Shown here piece by piece: positions 1 to 12,291 of a stretch of 64,000 nucleotides of DNA. The position numbers and the translations under genes are program-made. The notes beneath the pieces were generated by a model that was given only the letters and a program-made list of their open reading frames with translations, did not search any database and had not been told where the DNA came from. How positions within the stretch are numbered: position 1 is the first letter of the stretch; every line of letters starts with the position of its first letter. Origin of the DNA: an uncultured candidate division Zixibacteria bacterium. Lineage in GTDB: Bacteria > Zixibacteria > MSB-5A5 > UBA10806. The DNA lies in the NCBI GenBank assembly GCA_963817915.1, contig CAWFQL010000006.1:32001-96000 (forward strand), in the 5' to 3' direction.

Positions 1-183
1 GTTTCGAGCGAGTAAACCTGTAGATTTTATAATAAAATCGCCGCCTTTGGTCAGCTTGAATCCGGCTGTCATAATGCGGTCGAGTTGGATACTATTTAAT
101 TGTACGATAGGTTCGGCTGCAAAACCGATGGCCGACAAAGCCAGAAACAAGGCTATTGCGAACATTGCTTTTCTTGTTGCCAT
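1..183 (-). CDS. Secreted hypothetical protein, 5' part only (runs off the window start)
   Basis: Read manually: ATG at 183 with GGAGG upstream; MATRKAMFAIALFLALSAIGFAAEP... is a Sec signal peptide; frame open to position 1. Confidence 0.7.
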   Translation of the reverse strand, partial: MATRKAMFAIALFLALSAIGFAAEPIVQLNSIQLDRIMTAGFKLTKGGDFIIKSTGLLARN

Positions 184-302
184 ACGCGCCTCCTCGGTTA
201 ACAGGACCTCTTTTTTCCTATTTGATTACGAGATAAGCATTTAAAATGTTTCATCGATAATGATGGCCAATTACTAAATGGCACGAATTGTCACCTAACT
301 TA

Positions 303-328
303 ATGGGGCGTATTAATATACGCCCCAT
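303..328 (-). terminator. Hairpin downstream of rpoD
   Basis: ATGGGGCGTAT-TAAT-ATACGCCCCAT perfect inverted repeat just after the rpoD stop. Confidence 0.55.
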
Positions 329-361
329 ACCATTATTCGTTAATTAAATTCAAAAAATATT

Positions 362-1882
362 CTAAAGCAGGTCCACGCAATCTCTGAGTTTATCCGAACG
401 AGATTTATGGCGCAGTTTCTTCAGCGCCTTGGCTTCAATCTGGCGAATCCGTTCTCGAGTAAGATTGAATATCAAGCCGACTTCCTCCAATGTCCTTGGA
501 AGACCATCAGACATTCCGAATCTCAATCTGATCACTTCCTCTTCCCTATCGGTCAAAGTACTCAGGATTTTTTCGACTTGATCTTGCAAGAATACGAATG
601 ATGCCTTGCCGCTGGTTGTAGAAAATTGCGGGTCGGCGATAAGGTTTTGCATCTGATTGTCTTCATCATCGCCAATCGGCTTCGAAAGAGATACAGTCTG
701 GGGTATCATGCTCAGGATATCCTCGACCTTATCGCTCGGCAAGCCCACATGAGTTGATAGCTCTGGAATGCTTGGCCTTCTTCCGAGCCTCTGGAAAAGA
801 TTCTGCGATGCCTTGGCCACCCGTCCGTACTGATTATTCAGATACATTGGAGTGCGGATTGTCTTGGCCTGCTCCGATAAAGCTCTTGTGATAGCCTGTC
901 TTATCCACCATGAGGCATAAGTTCCGAATTTGAATCCTTTACGATAGTCAAATTTATCAACGGCCTTGACGAGTCCGGAATTTCCTTCCTGGATCAGATC
1001 CATGAATTCCATTCCCCGCCCGATATACTTTCTGGCAATAGAAATCACCAGACGCATATTGGCCTCGATCATGACTTTTTTCGCCTTGGCAAGCTCCGCT
1101 TCGAGATAATCCAGACGATCCTTGATTGTATCTATTTCGGTTTGCGGCAATTCCTCGGCAAAAAGATAATCGGAAAGATCGGTATTGGATGCTTTGGCAA
1201 CATCATTTTGAGGACGGTAGAAACGCCGGTTGCCGTTGACCTGGCCTTTGAACACGACGACCAAGCCGTCGAGAAATTCGAGATTGAAATTGAATTTTTC
1301 GATCTCGCTGAACAATCTCAAACGATTCTTCAAACGTCTTTCGCGGATTTCATTGACGATTTCAGCGGAAAAATCAAGGCTGTCGCTTCGGGAAATTACA
1401 AGCAATTCCTCAATCTTCTTGAGCCTCCCAATTACTTTTTGTTTTTCTCGTTTGATATTTTCAGGCGCGAACCACCTGCAGGTTTCCGGCGAGACAATAT
1501 CCTCGAGCCTCACCTCCTGCACGAGCAGTTTATCCTGGCATGAAATCAGGTTATCAAGAACCACGGTCGATGAGAAAATAATTTTCTTGATACCTCTTTT
1601 CTGCGCCTCGATTCTCTGGGCAACTTTGACTTCTTCCTCGCGCGAAAGAATCTTGAATCGCCCCAAATCCTTGAAATAGACATATGCCGGCCCTGATCCC
1701 CCATCAGCTACCACCGCTGGCAGGACTGGCTCTGGAATTAAGACATCGGCTACCGGCTTTTCCGGCAACCTTTCCCCTCCGGTCACATCACCATTAAGGT
1801 TGATGGCTTCCCGGTCGACTTTGATGTTGGTAGCGCTGAGGCGATTAATCATTCCTTTGCTTTGATCAGCCTCTCGACTCAT
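362..1882 (-). CDS. rpoD: RNA polymerase sigma-70 factor, RpoD-like (divergent)
   Basis: Region 2 ([29 protein letters not shown]), region 4 ([21 protein letters not shown]); directly downstream of dnaG. Confidence 0.88.
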   Translation of the reverse strand: MSREADQSKGMINRLSATNIKVDREAINLNGDVTGGERLPEKPVADVLIPEPVLPAVVADGGSGPAYVYFKDLGRFKILSREEEVKVAQRIEAQKRGIKKIIFSSTVVLDNLISCQDKLLVQEVRLEDIVSPETCRWFAPENIKREKQKVIGRLKKIEELLVISRSDSLDFSAEIVNEIRERRLKNRLRLFSEIEKFNFNLEFLDGLVVVFKGQVNGNRRFYRPQNDVAKASNTDLSDYLFAEELPQTEIDTIKDRLDYLEAELAKAKKVMIEANMRLVISIARKYIGRGMEFMDLIQEGNSGLVKAVDKFDYRKGFKFGTYASWWIRQAITRALSEQAKTIRTPMYLNNQYGRVAKASQNLFQRLGRRPSIPELSTHVGLPSDKVEDILSMIPQTVSLSKPIGDDEDNQMQNLIADPQFSTTSGKASFVFLQDQVEKILSTLTDREEEVIRLRFGMSDGLPRTLEEVGLIFNLTRERIRQIEAKALKKLRHKSRSDKLRDCVDLL

Positions 1883-3614
1883 TCGTATCCACCTCTAGTT
1901 TTAGGTTTTGAAACTCCCGGGTTAAATTCTCTATTTTAAGTAAATCTTCTTGCTCCTTAGGATCTCCGATCAATTTCTTCAATTCATTGATACGCTTCTT
2001 TATAGAAATTTGCCGGAATTTTTTCAGATGCATTTCGATCATGGAATCGGCGTCGTTGGCCTCGAAATCGATCAATGCAATTTCTGAAAGCCTCTGCCTG
2101 AGACCATTCTGGCCGACTCGATCGAATAAATCGGGAATATTAATATTCAATCCTTCTTCATGCAGGGTCCATATCACATTGAAGATTTGCGCGTTGTCTT
2201 CATCAATAAACAATGATCTATCGACCGTTCCCGCGCATTGCGCGATCAACTCAGGATGCGAGAGCAGCAGGCTGAGAAATTCTATTTCAGGTCTTTTCCT
2301 GCCCGATGAAATTTCTTTCGGAGATTTTTCGTCCGATATCGGGCGGGAATCTTTTATTCCATTTAGTGTATCCAGGTCGATATCTAACCGCGAATAAATC
2401 TTTTTCAAAAGCAATTCGCGGGTAAGGACATCGCTGATTGGAGAAATAGTTTCGATCAAGGCGTTGGCGATACGTTTCTGCATCGATAATGATTGCTCGG
2501 AAAATTTGCCGTTAATCGTATTGCAGACAAAATCGACAATATCCACCGCCCCGGCGATATATTTTTTCAGATTGTCCCTGCCGTTTTCACGCACGAAAGT
2601 ATCGGGGTCGTGGCCCTTGGGCAACGTAACTATTCGCGGATCGCCGGATGAATTATACAGCACGCCGCAGGCTCTGAATGCGGCCTTAATTCCAGCGGAA
2701 TCGGAATCGTATAAAAGAATTATTTTTTCGCAGAAACGAGCCAAGAGTGCGGCCTGGTTTGGCGTAAATCCGGTGCCGGAAACTGCCACGACATTTTTGA
2801 TGCCGCTTTGATGAAGCGCGATCAAATCAAAATATCCCTCGACTACGATAGCTTCATTGCTTTCTCGAATATGATCTTTGGCAACATCGAATCCAAAGAG
2901 CATCTGGCCCTTTTTATAGACTTCGGTTTCTGGCGAATTCAAATATTTGGGATTATCTTGATCGGATAGCGCCCGGCCGCCAAAGCCGATTACCCGGCCG
3001 GAAATTGATTTTATCGGAATCATCAAGCGATGCCGGAAACGATCATAATAGCCTTCTTTTTTTATCGCAAGTCCGGCTCGCTCCAAGACCGATGGTTGAA
3101 TCTTCTGGGCCCCGGCGGCGTTGATAAGACCATCCCATCCCTGCGGCGCGTAACCGATCCCAAAGGCCAGCGATGTAGCCGGAGATATCCCGCGCGATTT
3201 CAAGTACTCGGTGGCCAGTCTTCCCCCGGATGTCTCACTTAAAGATTTGACGAAGTATGAGCCGGCAAATGATAAGGCTTCATAGATTTCATCGAGATCG
3301 GATTTGTGCTCTCTTGTTTCCGGTATTGTGATGCCTGATTTTTCGGCCAGGAATCTCAGGGCATCCGGATAATCGAGCCGTTCGTGTTCCATTATAAAAT
3401 TAACAACATTTCCGCTCTTGCCGCAGCCGAAGCAATGATAAAATCCCTTGGCAGGCACAACAAAAAACGACGGCGTTTTTTCCTGATGGAATGGACAGAG
3501 ACCCTTATAGTCCTTGCCCATCTTCTTAAGGCTGACATAGCCGGAGATAATAGAAACTATGTCAGATTCGTTTTTTATCCTCTCAACGATATCGTCAGGA
3601 ATATAACCTGCCAT
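1866..3614 (-). CDS. dnaG: DNA primase
   Basis: [16 protein letters not shown] zinc finger, [21 protein letters not shown] and YDSDSAG; ATG at 3614 overlaps the mutS2 stop. Confidence 0.96.
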   Translation of the reverse strand: MAGYIPDDIVERIKNESDIVSIISGYVSLKKMGKDYKGLCPFHQEKTPSFFVVPAKGFYHCFGCGKSGNVVNFIMEHERLDYPDALRFLAEKSGITIPETREHKSDLDEIYEALSFAGSYFVKSLSETSGGRLATEYLKSRGISPATSLAFGIGYAPQGWDGLINAAGAQKIQPSVLERAGLAIKKEGYYDRFRHRLMIPIKSISGRVIGFGGRALSDQDNPKYLNSPETEVYKKGQMLFGFDVAKDHIRESNEAIVVEGYFDLIALHQSGIKNVVAVSGTGFTPNQAALLARFCEKIILLYDSDSAGIKAAFRACGVLYNSSGDPRIVTLPKGHDPDTFVRENGRDNLKKYIAGAVDIVDFVCNTINGKFSEQSLSMQKRIANALIETISPISDVLTRELLLKKIYSRLDIDLDTLNGIKDSRPISDEKSPKEISSGRKRPEIEFLSLLLSHPELIAQCAGTVDRSLFIDEDNAQIFNVIWTLHEEGLNINIPDLFDRVGQNGLRQRLSEIALIDFEANDADSMIEMHLKKFRQISIKKRINELKKLIGDPKEQEDLLKIENLTREFQNLKLEVDTNESRG

Positions 3615-5969
3615 CACCAATCCTTCTTCAATGCTACTACGGTCGCGCCGGTGGAACCCTCATTCCAATATCCCAATCTATATGATTCCACTCGAGGATT
3701 ATTCGCCAGATAATCCTGTACCTTTTTACGCAGAACACCTGTGCCTTTGCCATGAATAATGGTTACAGCGTCGAAACCGGCGTTGCAGGCGTCATCGATA
3801 TATCTTTGGAGTATAGGCTCCGCTTCATCGAATGTCATTCCGCGGATATCAACATCGAGTCCCGGCGTAGGATTATAATTGCTTTTGACAGTCGATGTTG
3901 AACGCGATTCCGACGAACCTGACCTCGAAACAAGCTGCTCAAGATCGGTCAGCATAGTAACATTGCCGATCCTGACCCGTACCCTGCCCTCGGAATCGGC
4001 AGGCTCAATCACTTCGCCGTCGGCATCGATTCCCCTGATAAATACCTTTTCACCGGGCAGGCCGTGCGCCGGTTCTTTATGGGTAACAGGTTTCATCTCA
4101 TCGATCTCTGATTGAGTCTTTTCAAGGCGAGTCGATATGGTCTTTCTTATTTCCCTTAATGTCTCGCGATTCTTAGGATTTTCTTTTGCGCTGTCGATCA
4201 GGTTATCCAATTCCTGTCTCGCGGATTTTATCAGTTCTTCCATTTTGCGAAGATGCTCTTTGCGATTTTCTTTCTCGGCCTTGCTGTATGAATCTAATTT
4301 ATCCGTATATATTTTCGCTAATGATTCATATGATAACCTACTGTTTTTGGCATTCTCAAGCTCGGTCGCAATTTCCTGTGATTTCTGATTGAGCTCGGCA
4401 ATAAGCTTGGTAAGGTCGCGTTCTTTGCGGTCGACAAGACTCCAGGCCCGCTCAATGATATCCTTACCAAGTCCCAATTTCTGGGCGATTTCCAATGCAA
4501 ATGAAGAACCCGGAATTCCGATATTGAATTTGAATGTTGGACGAAGGTTTTCGGAATCGAACTCCATGGAGCCGTTAATTACGCCTGGAATATTTCCGGC
4601 AAGCGTTTTTAGTTTTCCCTGGTGCGTAGTGACAACAGCGTAGCATTCCAGTTGAGCCAACGCCTCAATTACCGCTTGCCCAATGGCCGAGCCTTCATCG
4701 GGATCGGTGCCGGCGCCAAGCTCATCGAATAACACCAACGTTCTTGAGTTAGATTCCTCCAACGCGTTTTTAATATGATATAGATGCGATGAATAAGTCG
4801 ACAATGAACTTTCGATCGATTGTTCATCGCCGATATCGGAAAATATTTTGTCAAATAATATGAAGCAGGTGTTTTCATCGGCTGGAATATATAATCCACT
4901 GATAGCCATCAGACGATAGCAATCCGATTGTCTTCAAGGCCACTGTCTTGCCGCCAGTGTTCGGCCCCGTGATAATAATAATTTTTTCGGTGTCATTGAA
5001 ATTGATATTGAGCGGTACCACCTTGGCCCGATCGCTTGCAGGTTTGCTCAAAAGAAGCAATGGGTGACGGCCATTCTTGATATTGATTTCGCCATTATCA
5101 GAAAAAATAGGCCGAGTTGAATTTAGTTCGCTGGATAAGCGTGAGCAGGCGGCGACAAAATCAAAATAGGTAAGAATCGATACATTCTTTTTGATAATCT
5201 CGAAATTCGCGAATATCATTCCGGTGAGCTGCCGAAGAATTCTATTGATTTCCTCGCGCTCGGCGGTTTCAAGTTCGCGGTGACGGTTATTGAGTTCGAC
5301 AGATTCCGACGGCTCAATAAAAAATGTGGCGCCCGATGACGAACGATCGTGAATTATGCCGCTGAATTTGCTTTTTTCGGATTCTTTGACCGGCAGCACG
5401 TATCGGCCGTCTCTTATGGAAAAGACTTTGTCTGAAAGAATCGATGAAGTATCCGAATGCAGATATTGCTCGAACTTCGTGTTAAGTTTCGATTTTACAA
5501 CCGCAAGTTCGCGCCGGATTTTTTTCAATTCCGGCGAGGCCGAATCCTTAATCTCGCCGGAGAGATCGACACTTTGTTCGATTTTGTTATGCAGCTCTTC
5601 GGAATAAACCAGGCCGTTTAATATTTCATGCAAGGCTTTATATTTGGAATTGATCTTCTGACAGGCCAAAACTGTTTTGAAAAAATTCGCGAATTCGAGC
5701 AGAGCCTTGGGCTCGAATATATCACCATTGGCTATGGCGCTTTCAGTTCTCGCCGAAAGATCATCGAATTCCAGATCGGGCGGTCCACCGTCGAATTTGA
5801 ATAAATCGTTCATCTCGGAAACAAGATCGAGATTCCGGCGAATATCATCGATGGATGAAAAAGGTCTATGAGCCAGAGCCCGTTTTTTCCCGGTGACCGA
5901 TTTGGAGAAATTCGATAATCTTTCCAAAATCGAAAAATACTCCAATACCTTTAAGGTATGGCTGTTCAT
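3614..5969 (-). CDS. mutS2: Endonuclease MutS2, split by one frameshift near 4912 (ORFs 4875..5969 and 3614..4909)
   Basis: N-part with SSSGAT and Walker A TGPNTGGKT; C-part with DIGDEQSI..LSTYSSH, DELGAGTDP and Smr domain IIHGKGTG; removing one base restores LLSLMAISG. Confidence 0.92.
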
Positions 5970-5992
5970 CTAAAAATAAAATCCTTCTAATG

Positions 5993-6658
5993 CTATTGCT
6001 GCTCTTGCTTCTTGGCCTTGTTGAAGCATTGATTGAGTTTATCCAGCGTTGCGATGTCCTGGTCTGTCATCCCAATAAGAGTTTTGTCGCCTAGAGCCTT
6101 ATCAGGGCTTTCGGCGTATTCTTTTGTTTTGTCGAATAGAATCCCCTGCTGCACTTCTGAAAGGAATTCGCCCGACTTGGGATGAAGGAACGTTGTATTG
6201 TCGTAGACAAATGGGACGATGGCTCTGACTGTGCCCGCCATCGTTGATGCCTCAATCGAATTGTCGAGATTCCTGAATGGCGTCGGAAAAATGAAGAGTA
6301 AAAACAATAATGACAGAACCACAAGGCCTTTGAATACTCCGAAAATCCCGCCCCCAATCTTATCCGATGGTTTCAATGACGCCAGTTTGACCATCTGATA
6401 AAAATAATGCCCCAAAATTTTAAGAACTGCGAGAGTTACCACGAAAATTAAGATGAAACAAAGCACATACAGGACACTCGCGGACATGCCGATTTTGCCC
6501 TGAAGTTTCAATGCCAGCGCGTCGGAATAATTGACACTGACGATGATGCCAATAAGGAGACCGAGAAATGTCGTCATCTCCTTAAATAGACCGCGTCTGT
6601 AGCCGTTCAGGAAAGCCAGAACGGCGATGATTAGAATCGAAAAATCGATCCAGTTCAT
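5993..6658 (-). CDS. cvpA: CvpA (colicin V production) family membrane protein
   Basis: MNWIDF..GYRRGLFKE, four hydrophobic helices, DKIGGGIFG; ATG 6658 with GGAGG. Confidence 0.88.
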   Translation of the reverse strand: MNWIDFSILIIAVLAFLNGYRRGLFKEMTTFLGLLIGIIVSVNYSDALALKLQGKIGMSASVLYVLCFILIFVVTLAVLKILGHYFYQMVKLASLKPSDKIGGGIFGVFKGLVVLSLLFLLFIFPTPFRNLDNSIEASTMAGTVRAIVPFVYDNTTFLHPKSGEFLSEVQQGILFDKTKEYAESPDKALGDKTLIGMTDQDIATLDKLNQCFNKAKKQEQQ

Positions 6659-6668
6659 GTCCCCTCCG

Positions 6669-7118
6669 TTAGATGGTTTCGAGTTTCGCCTTGACCGCGG
6701 CACTGACTATTTTGCCGTCGGAGCGCCCCCTTACCATAGGCATAAGAGCCTTCATTACAGAACCAAGATCTTTGATTGATGATGCGTTAACTTCAGCAAT
6801 CGCCTTATCAACTATTGTATTGAGTTCCTCCAGCGACAACTGCTCAGGCAGATATTCCTTTATAATTTCATACTCCGCCAATTCCGTTTTCACAAGATCA
6901 GCGCGACCGCCCTTGCCATATTCGTCGGCCGCTTCTTTTCTCTTTTTGGCAGCAGTACTTAAAACCCCAATAACTTCTTCATCAGATAATTCATGCCCGA
7001 GCTCGATTTTCTTATAACGAATATCGGACTTGAGCATGCGAAGAACCTGCAGCCGCAAATCATTCCTAGCCTTCATTGCGGCTGTTAAATCAGCGTCAAT
7101 CTTTTCGGAAAGATTCAT
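6669..7118 (-). CDS. yqeY: GatB/YqeY domain protein
   Basis: AMKAR..LRMLKS, KKRKEA..Y..GGR, YLPEQLS, G.VM; directly after rpsU. Confidence 0.93.
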   Translation of the reverse strand: MNLSEKIDADLTAAMKARNDLRLQVLRMLKSDIRYKKIELGHELSDEEVIGVLSTAAKKRKEAADEYGKGGRADLVKTELAEYEIIKEYLPEQLSLEELNTIVDKAIAEVNASSIKDLGSVMKALMPMVRGRSDGKIVSAAVKAKLETI

Positions 7119-7121
7119 ATT

Positions 7122-7307
7122 TTAGTACTTTGGCCGACGTGATTTTTGCTTGGAAGCATTCATTTTTCGTTTGCGCTTATCAGATGGTTTTTCAAAATGC
7201 TGATGCTTCTTTATATCTGAAAGTATGCCAGCTTTTTCACAAGACTTAGTGAAACGCCTCAACGCTTTTTCAAATGATTCATCATCTCTAACTCTAATAC
7301 CAGTCAT
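7122..7307 (-). CDS. rpsU: 30S ribosomal protein S21
   Basis: [17 protein letters not shown]...KK..HFEKPS. Confidence 0.96.
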   Translation of the reverse strand: MTGIRVRDDESFEKALRRFTKSCEKAGILSDIKKHQHFEKPSDKRKRKMNASKQKSRRPKY

Positions 7308-7397
7308 TTCATTCTCGACCCCCTTTCACCGACCCAACTTTACTAGTTTAAACTTCAAACCCCAAAAAACGGGGCAAAATTCTCTTTAACTGGCAGC

Positions 7398-7426
7398 AAG
7401 TTAATGGATTAGAAAATCTGTGTCAA
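7398..7426 (-). promoter_or_regulatory. Sigma70-type promoter of the rpsU operon
   Basis: Minus strand TTGACA-17 bp-TAACTT. Confidence 0.6.
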
Positions 7427-7674
7427 GCACTTTTTATTGTTAATGGAAAATCATTTCAACAAAGCTAATAGTATGATATTCAATGATTTGCGGGGGCAAC
7501 AGTCGTAGGCGCTCATCTTTCCCCTAAAATTAATTCATTAAATGAGTTACGATTTAAGGGAAATTTTTTCCTAATCAAGTCCATATTAATAAATGTCATT
7601 ATAAGCTTCTCTATTCAAATCAGAAACAGGCCAAAGAATGCGGGGCTATGATTTTTCGCGTTTGATGATATCAT

Positions 7675-8607
7675 TTATATTTTAAGAGATTCATAGATCC
7701 TTACATAGCTTTCGTAGCGAAATCGCGCGATAGGACTCTCGGGATCGTCGATAATCTTTTTCACGGCGCATGACGGTTCATTGATGTGGGCGCAATTTGA
7801 AAATTGACATTCGAGATCAGTGTCAGTGTTGGTAAATTCGGGGAAGAACATTTTTAGATTTTTTCTATTCACTCCCGCGAGACCATATACTTTTATCCCG
7901 GGAGTATCGGCAATCCAGCCATTGGGGAATATTTTGTAGAGTCGTATTCCAGTTGTTGTATGTACTCCGCGATTCGAATAAGCCGATATTTCTTTGGTGC
8001 GCAATTCCAGGCCGGGACACATCACGTTGATGAGAGTTGATTTGCCTACCCCCGAATGTCCGGCGATCGCGGCTGTGCCGTTTTCCATCTTGGATTTAAG
8101 CAGGCTGATTCCATCGCCATTTTTCGCGCTGGTGTAAACAATTTCGCACGAGAGTTTTTTCCAGACATCAAAATAGGGATTCAAATAGTCAGGGGATTTT
8201 AGATCGATCTTATTCAATACAATAATAGGTCTGATATTTTCCTTGAAGGCGGTTACGAGAAATCTATCTACAAGGCCCGGTTTGAAATCCGGATCCGCGA
8301 CCGAGCTTACGATCACCAGACAATCGACATTGGCAACGAATACCTGTAACTGCTGTTCGTTTTCGGTCGAGGGTTTTGATATTATTTTGCCGCGCGGAAG
8401 AATCTTTTCGATCGCATAACGATCCTTGGTATCTTCCGAGTACATGACAAAATCTCCAACTGCAATTGCAGATTTTCCGGCGTCTTCAAATTTCACTTTG
8501 CCGCGCACCACCGCCTCGACAATTTCATCGCCCGCGAGAAGCTCGGCCCTTTGCCCGTGAAGTCCTATTACTCTGCCAATTTTGTCGATTTTGCTTTTAT
8601 CAATCAT
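7675..8607 (-). CDS. rsgA: Ribosome small subunit-dependent GTPase A
   Basis: Circularly permuted GTPase NKIDL, GHSGVGKS, GVHTTT, DTPG; C-terminal CQFSNCAHINEPSC zinc site. Confidence 0.95.
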   Translation of the reverse strand: MIDKSKIDKIGRVIGLHGQRAELLAGDEIVEAVVRGKVKFEDAGKSAIAVGDFVMYSEDTKDRYAIEKILPRGKIISKPSTENEQQLQVFVANVDCLVIVSSVADPDFKPGLVDRFLVTAFKENIRPIIVLNKIDLKSPDYLNPYFDVWKKLSCEIVYTSAKNGDGISLLKSKMENGTAAIAGHSGVGKSTLINVMCPGLELRTKEISAYSNRGVHTTTGIRLYKIFPNGWIADTPGIKVYGLAGVNRKNLKMFFPEFTNTDTDLECQFSNCAHINEPSCAVKKIIDDPESPIARFRYESYVRIYESLKI

Positions 8608-8772
8608 AATATTTCAATTGGCAATTTACGAATTTTATAGGCACGATATCCAGTATTTTCTTCGCGCTATCATGATGAATCCACAATACATCACGCTACG
8701 ATTCATATTTCTTGACATAGCGTGCATTGATGCACATATTCTTGCGGCCTGAATTAACAGGCATATGGAGGA

Positions 8773-9363
8773 ATGATGAAGAGAGAATATCAGATACTTT
8801 CGATTTTAGGGTTAATAATAATCGCTTCTGGTGTTTTGATAGGTATTTCGGGAAGCAAAAAGAGCCCATCTACAGGTCAGATGGATCCTGAATCGCAGGC
8901 ATCACAATCAAATGAAATGGGTATGCCAGAAGTAAATACCGGCGAAATACTTTCCAATATCGCTGAGATGAAGAAGGAATTATCGGCCAATCCCAATAAT
9001 CATGATATTCTTATCAAGCTCGGCAATGACTATTATGATATAGACAGCGCTTCGCAAGCGATCGAATATTATGGTAGGGCGTTAAAGATAAATCCTGACG
9101 ATCCGCCGGTCCTGGTTGATTGCGGCGCCATGTACCGTGTACTCGGCGAAACAGATAAAGCGATAGAGATGTTCAATCGCGCAATCGAACTCAACCCCAA
9201 ACTTTCGCAGGCGTTTTTGAATCTTGGCATGGTGCTTCATATGGAGAAAAAGGACATGCCCGGAGCGATTAAGGCCTGGAAGAAGTATATGGAGTTGGAG
9301 CCGAATTCACCGGTTAAGACCATCCTTGAAGATGAAATAGCCAAGGCCGAAAAAAATCTATAG
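8773..9363 (+). CDS. Membrane-anchored TPR-repeat protein
   Basis: N-terminal TM helix followed by about three TPR units (AIEYYGRALKINP, AIEMFNRAIELNP). Confidence 0.85.
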   Translation: MMKREYQILSILGLIIIASGVLIGISGSKKSPSTGQMDPESQASQSNEMGMPEVNTGEILSNIAEMKKELSANPNNHDILIKLGNDYYDIDSASQAIEYYGRALKINPDDPPVLVDCGAMYRVLGETDKAIEMFNRAIELNPKLSQAFLNLGMVLHMEKKDMPGAIKAWKKYMELEPNSPVKTILEDEIAKAEKNL

Positions 9364-9465
9364 TATCGAATTTGACGAAAACGGCTTCAAGCCGCTTTAT
9401 TTCCCAATAGTGAAAGACCTTAAATACGCTTGACCATTGGCGCGGATAAGATTAATTTGAGCGGT

Positions 9466-9771
9466 ATGGAAAGCCTCTCGTCTTATCTTGTTTTCGGCGC
9501 TCTGGTAGTAGTTGTCATCCTTTTGGTTTGGGCGTTGATATTGATCAACCAGGAACGGCACCGCAAAGTAACCGCGCGCAGCCGTCTGGCGGTCCTGAGA
9601 AAAAAGGTTGAGGAATTGCCGGAAGCGACCGAAGAAGAAAAAGAAAAGAAAGAGACGCTTCATAGAGAATTATATCTCGAGTATTTTGATAATATCCTGG
9701 GGGAAATCGAAAAGATTCAGAACCAGCTTTCAAAAAAGGTTCAAGAATCCAAGAAGGCAAAAAAGAAATAA
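9466..9771 (+). CDS. Small single-TM hypothetical protein
   Basis: Hydrophobic N-terminus then charged coiled coil; ATG 9466 lies 7 nt after TTGACC-17-TAATTT. Confidence 0.7.
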   Translation: MESLSSYLVFGALVVVVILLVWALILINQERHRKVTARSRLAVLRKKVEELPEATEEEKEKKETLHRELYLEYFDNILGEIEKIQNQLSKKVQESKKAKKK

Positions 9772-9836
9772 CCCCAAGGCGATCTTAATTTTGAATTTTA
9801 TCGTTGGAAATATTTTAAAACCTGAAAAGGAGTAAT

Positions 9837-10964
9837 ATGCGAAAATTATTTGCCCTCATTCTGCTTGCCATATCTCTCTTGTCATGCAGCAAAGATAATG
9901 TAACCAATACACCTGTAGGCATTTCAGTTGCTATAAGCCCTGTGAGAATGATTGTCGATCTCGCTGATACGACGAGATTCACTGCCCTGATCTATGGCAC
10001 TAGCGATCGCAGAGCCATATGGAAAGTTGAGGATATTCAGGGAGGCAATTCCACGTTTGGCACAATTGATTCTACCGGCAAGTATACTGCCCCTATCGCC
10101 GAGCCCAACTTGGATTCAGTAAGGATTACGGCTACTTCCCGCGCCGATATCACAAAAATTGGTGCGGCTCGGGTTATTCTGATTAATCCATCGTTTGTTT
10201 ATGTTGATACGTCAGGCTCGGATGTGACCGGCATAGGATCATTGCATAATCCGTTTCGAACGATTAAGAAAGCGGTTACAGAGGTAATTGAAAATCAGAC
10301 GATAAAAATTGGACCCGGTGTTTACGATCAGGCGCATGGCGAAGTCTTCCCTTACACAATCGGCTTAGGTGTCACTATTGAAGGCGCGGGCATGGATTCA
10401 ACACATATTATTGGCCCGGCAAACGGTCATACCAACGCCGACGCAATTATCAAAATTGACGGATTTAATGCGGGATTGGAAAAATGTCGGATATCGACTG
10501 TCAATGGCAACGGCGTAGCAGTCTGGGCTCGTCCAGGGCTGAGGATAATAGCGAATAACCATATCGGACCGAATTATATAGGTATCTATGCTGATGGCGT
10601 CGGTGTTTCCAGTATAGGCCATAATCGCATAATCAGCGATTCGATTGGTATTGTTACGGCTGATTCGGCACGACCCTTTATCAATGATTGCATGATTGAT
10701 AGCGCGAGCATTTATGGAATTCTAATAAAGAATTTTAGCCGTCCGAATTTGGGTGATACTCTGAGCAACGGACGGGATACGATCCTGGTCTATGGTGCTC
10801 CTCCATCGAACTATCTAATACGAAATGAAAGCGCCGACACGATATGGGCTATCGGGAATATATGGCCGTTCGCTTCATTCAGCGCAGTCGACAACTATAT
10901 TTACGACAATGATGAAAACCCATCGTCAGGGCCAGTGATTCTCCAGTGGCCGCCGCTGAAATAG
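9837..10964 (+). CDS. Lipoprotein with Ig-like and DUF1565/pectin-lyase-like beta-helix domains
   Basis: Lipobox LLSC; YVDTSGSD..G.GS..NPFRTI..A..GPGVY motif; AGGAG RBS. Confidence 0.8.
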   Translation: MRKLFALILLAISLLSCSKDNVTNTPVGISVAISPVRMIVDLADTTRFTALIYGTSDRRAIWKVEDIQGGNSTFGTIDSTGKYTAPIAEPNLDSVRITATSRADITKIGAARVILINPSFVYVDTSGSDVTGIGSLHNPFRTIKKAVTEVIENQTIKIGPGVYDQAHGEVFPYTIGLGVTIEGAGMDSTHIIGPANGHTNADAIIKIDGFNAGLEKCRISTVNGNGVAVWARPGLRIIANNHIGPNYIGIYADGVGVSSIGHNRIISDSIGIVTADSARPFINDCMIDSASIYGILIKNFSRPNLGDTLSNGRDTILVYGAPPSNYLIRNESADTIWAIGNIWPFASFSAVDNYIYDNDENPSSGPVILQWPPLK

Positions 10965-10978
10965 ATATAGTGTGATTT

Positions 10979-11056
10979 GTAGAGACGCAAGATATTGCGT
11001 CTCTACCCGGAAATATATTTTATGTTCCGTAGAGCCTTGCTATAACAAGGCTCTAT
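10979..11056. repeat. Two GTAG-type REP palindromes
   Basis: GTAGAGACGCAAGATATTGCGTCTCTAC (10979-11006; exact inverted copy at 26570-26597) and GTAGAGCCTTGCTATAACAAGGCTCTAT (11029-11056; related to about 61769-61796). Confidence 0.85.
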
Positions 11057-11066
11057 GTATTTTAGA

Positions 11067-12289
11067 TCAATATTTATTTATTTTTTTTATCAGCCGTTGA
11101 TGGCGTCTTTTCAAGGACTGAAACAGATGATTATTAAATTTTGAAGATTGAATTTCTCTTTCGAATTCTAACAATCTCATCGCGGCTTCGGTAAGATCAA
11201 GGGCAGATTGCAGGTCTTTCATGCGATGCTCATAATGCTTGGCCAATTCTATATGCGGCAGACATCCGAAACGGCCGATTCGAATCATCTGATTCCAGAC
11301 ATCTATGGCAGTTTCCCAGTCGGATGTTTTCTTGGCGATCTGGGATTTTAGCCGCAATGATTCATCTCCAACATCGGTTGGCGCGAATTGCGATTTGATA
11401 TTGAAAATCAGCGATTTCGATTTTTCATATGCCCTGGCTTTATACAGGATTTGTCCCAGAGATAAAAGTAACAGGTCATCATTGCTGCTGGATGCCAGAG
11501 CCAGCTCGATCCGCGACGCGGTTTCCTGCGCCAAGAGATAGAGGCTGACTATGTCGTCGCGATTGTGATTTAGAATCGGCAAAAGCAGGTTTTCATCGCG
11601 ATTCTGCAAATAATCAAAATATATCCTGGGAATGATATGCGACGGCACATCGTCGATACGCTCGAAAGCCAACCAACATCGCCTCCAACAGCGAAAGTTG
11701 AAACGATTCGTAATGTCGTCTATAAAGATCGTCTGCATGGATGAACAAGATCGAGATGGATATGGTCATTGAAGGGAATCGATATACGGTTGATGCGATA
11801 GCGGGTGCGCAATAGCGGCATATCGAATGTCTTGCCGTTATAGGTCAAAATACAACTGCACGAAGACAGGTCAGCTGTGAAGGCGTCGAGCTGGGCAGGC
11901 TCCTCGAAAAAATCTCTAAGAATATACTGCCTTACAACAAATTTATTCTCGGTCCAGAAACCGATACCAATAATAAATGGATAAGTACCCGTCCCTCCGG
12001 CTAGCCCGGTTGTCTCAGTGTCAATGACCGCGATTTTGTGAAAATCAAACTGTTGGTCGGCACAAATAGGGTCGATAATTTCTAAAGCAGTTCGATCTAT
12101 GGTATCAGATAGTTCAACTCTTCCATGAAGGTATCCTATGTCATATGAAGTTTCTACCATCCAGATAGGGCCGTGCTCGGTTTGACGTAAAATACCGACC
12201 GATGGCTCCTTAAACAAATCGGGCCTGGGAGCCCGCGGATTAGTCTTATGCAGTTTTAATGCTTCGTATAATCGTTTCTCGAGGTCCAT
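11067..12289 (-). CDS. YprB-like RNase H-fold exonuclease with C-terminal TPR region, frameshifted near 11700-11730
   Basis: IDTETTGLAGGTGT, TYNGKTFD, HLDL; second ORF with IPRIYFDYL, HNRDDIVSL, IELAKHYEH. Confidence 0.85.
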
Positions 12290-12291
12290 CG

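Noticed and set aside
279..295. Sigma54 promoter at TGGCACGAATTGTCA
   Set aside because: The -12 TTGC is missing at the correct spacing and it points antisense into rpoD
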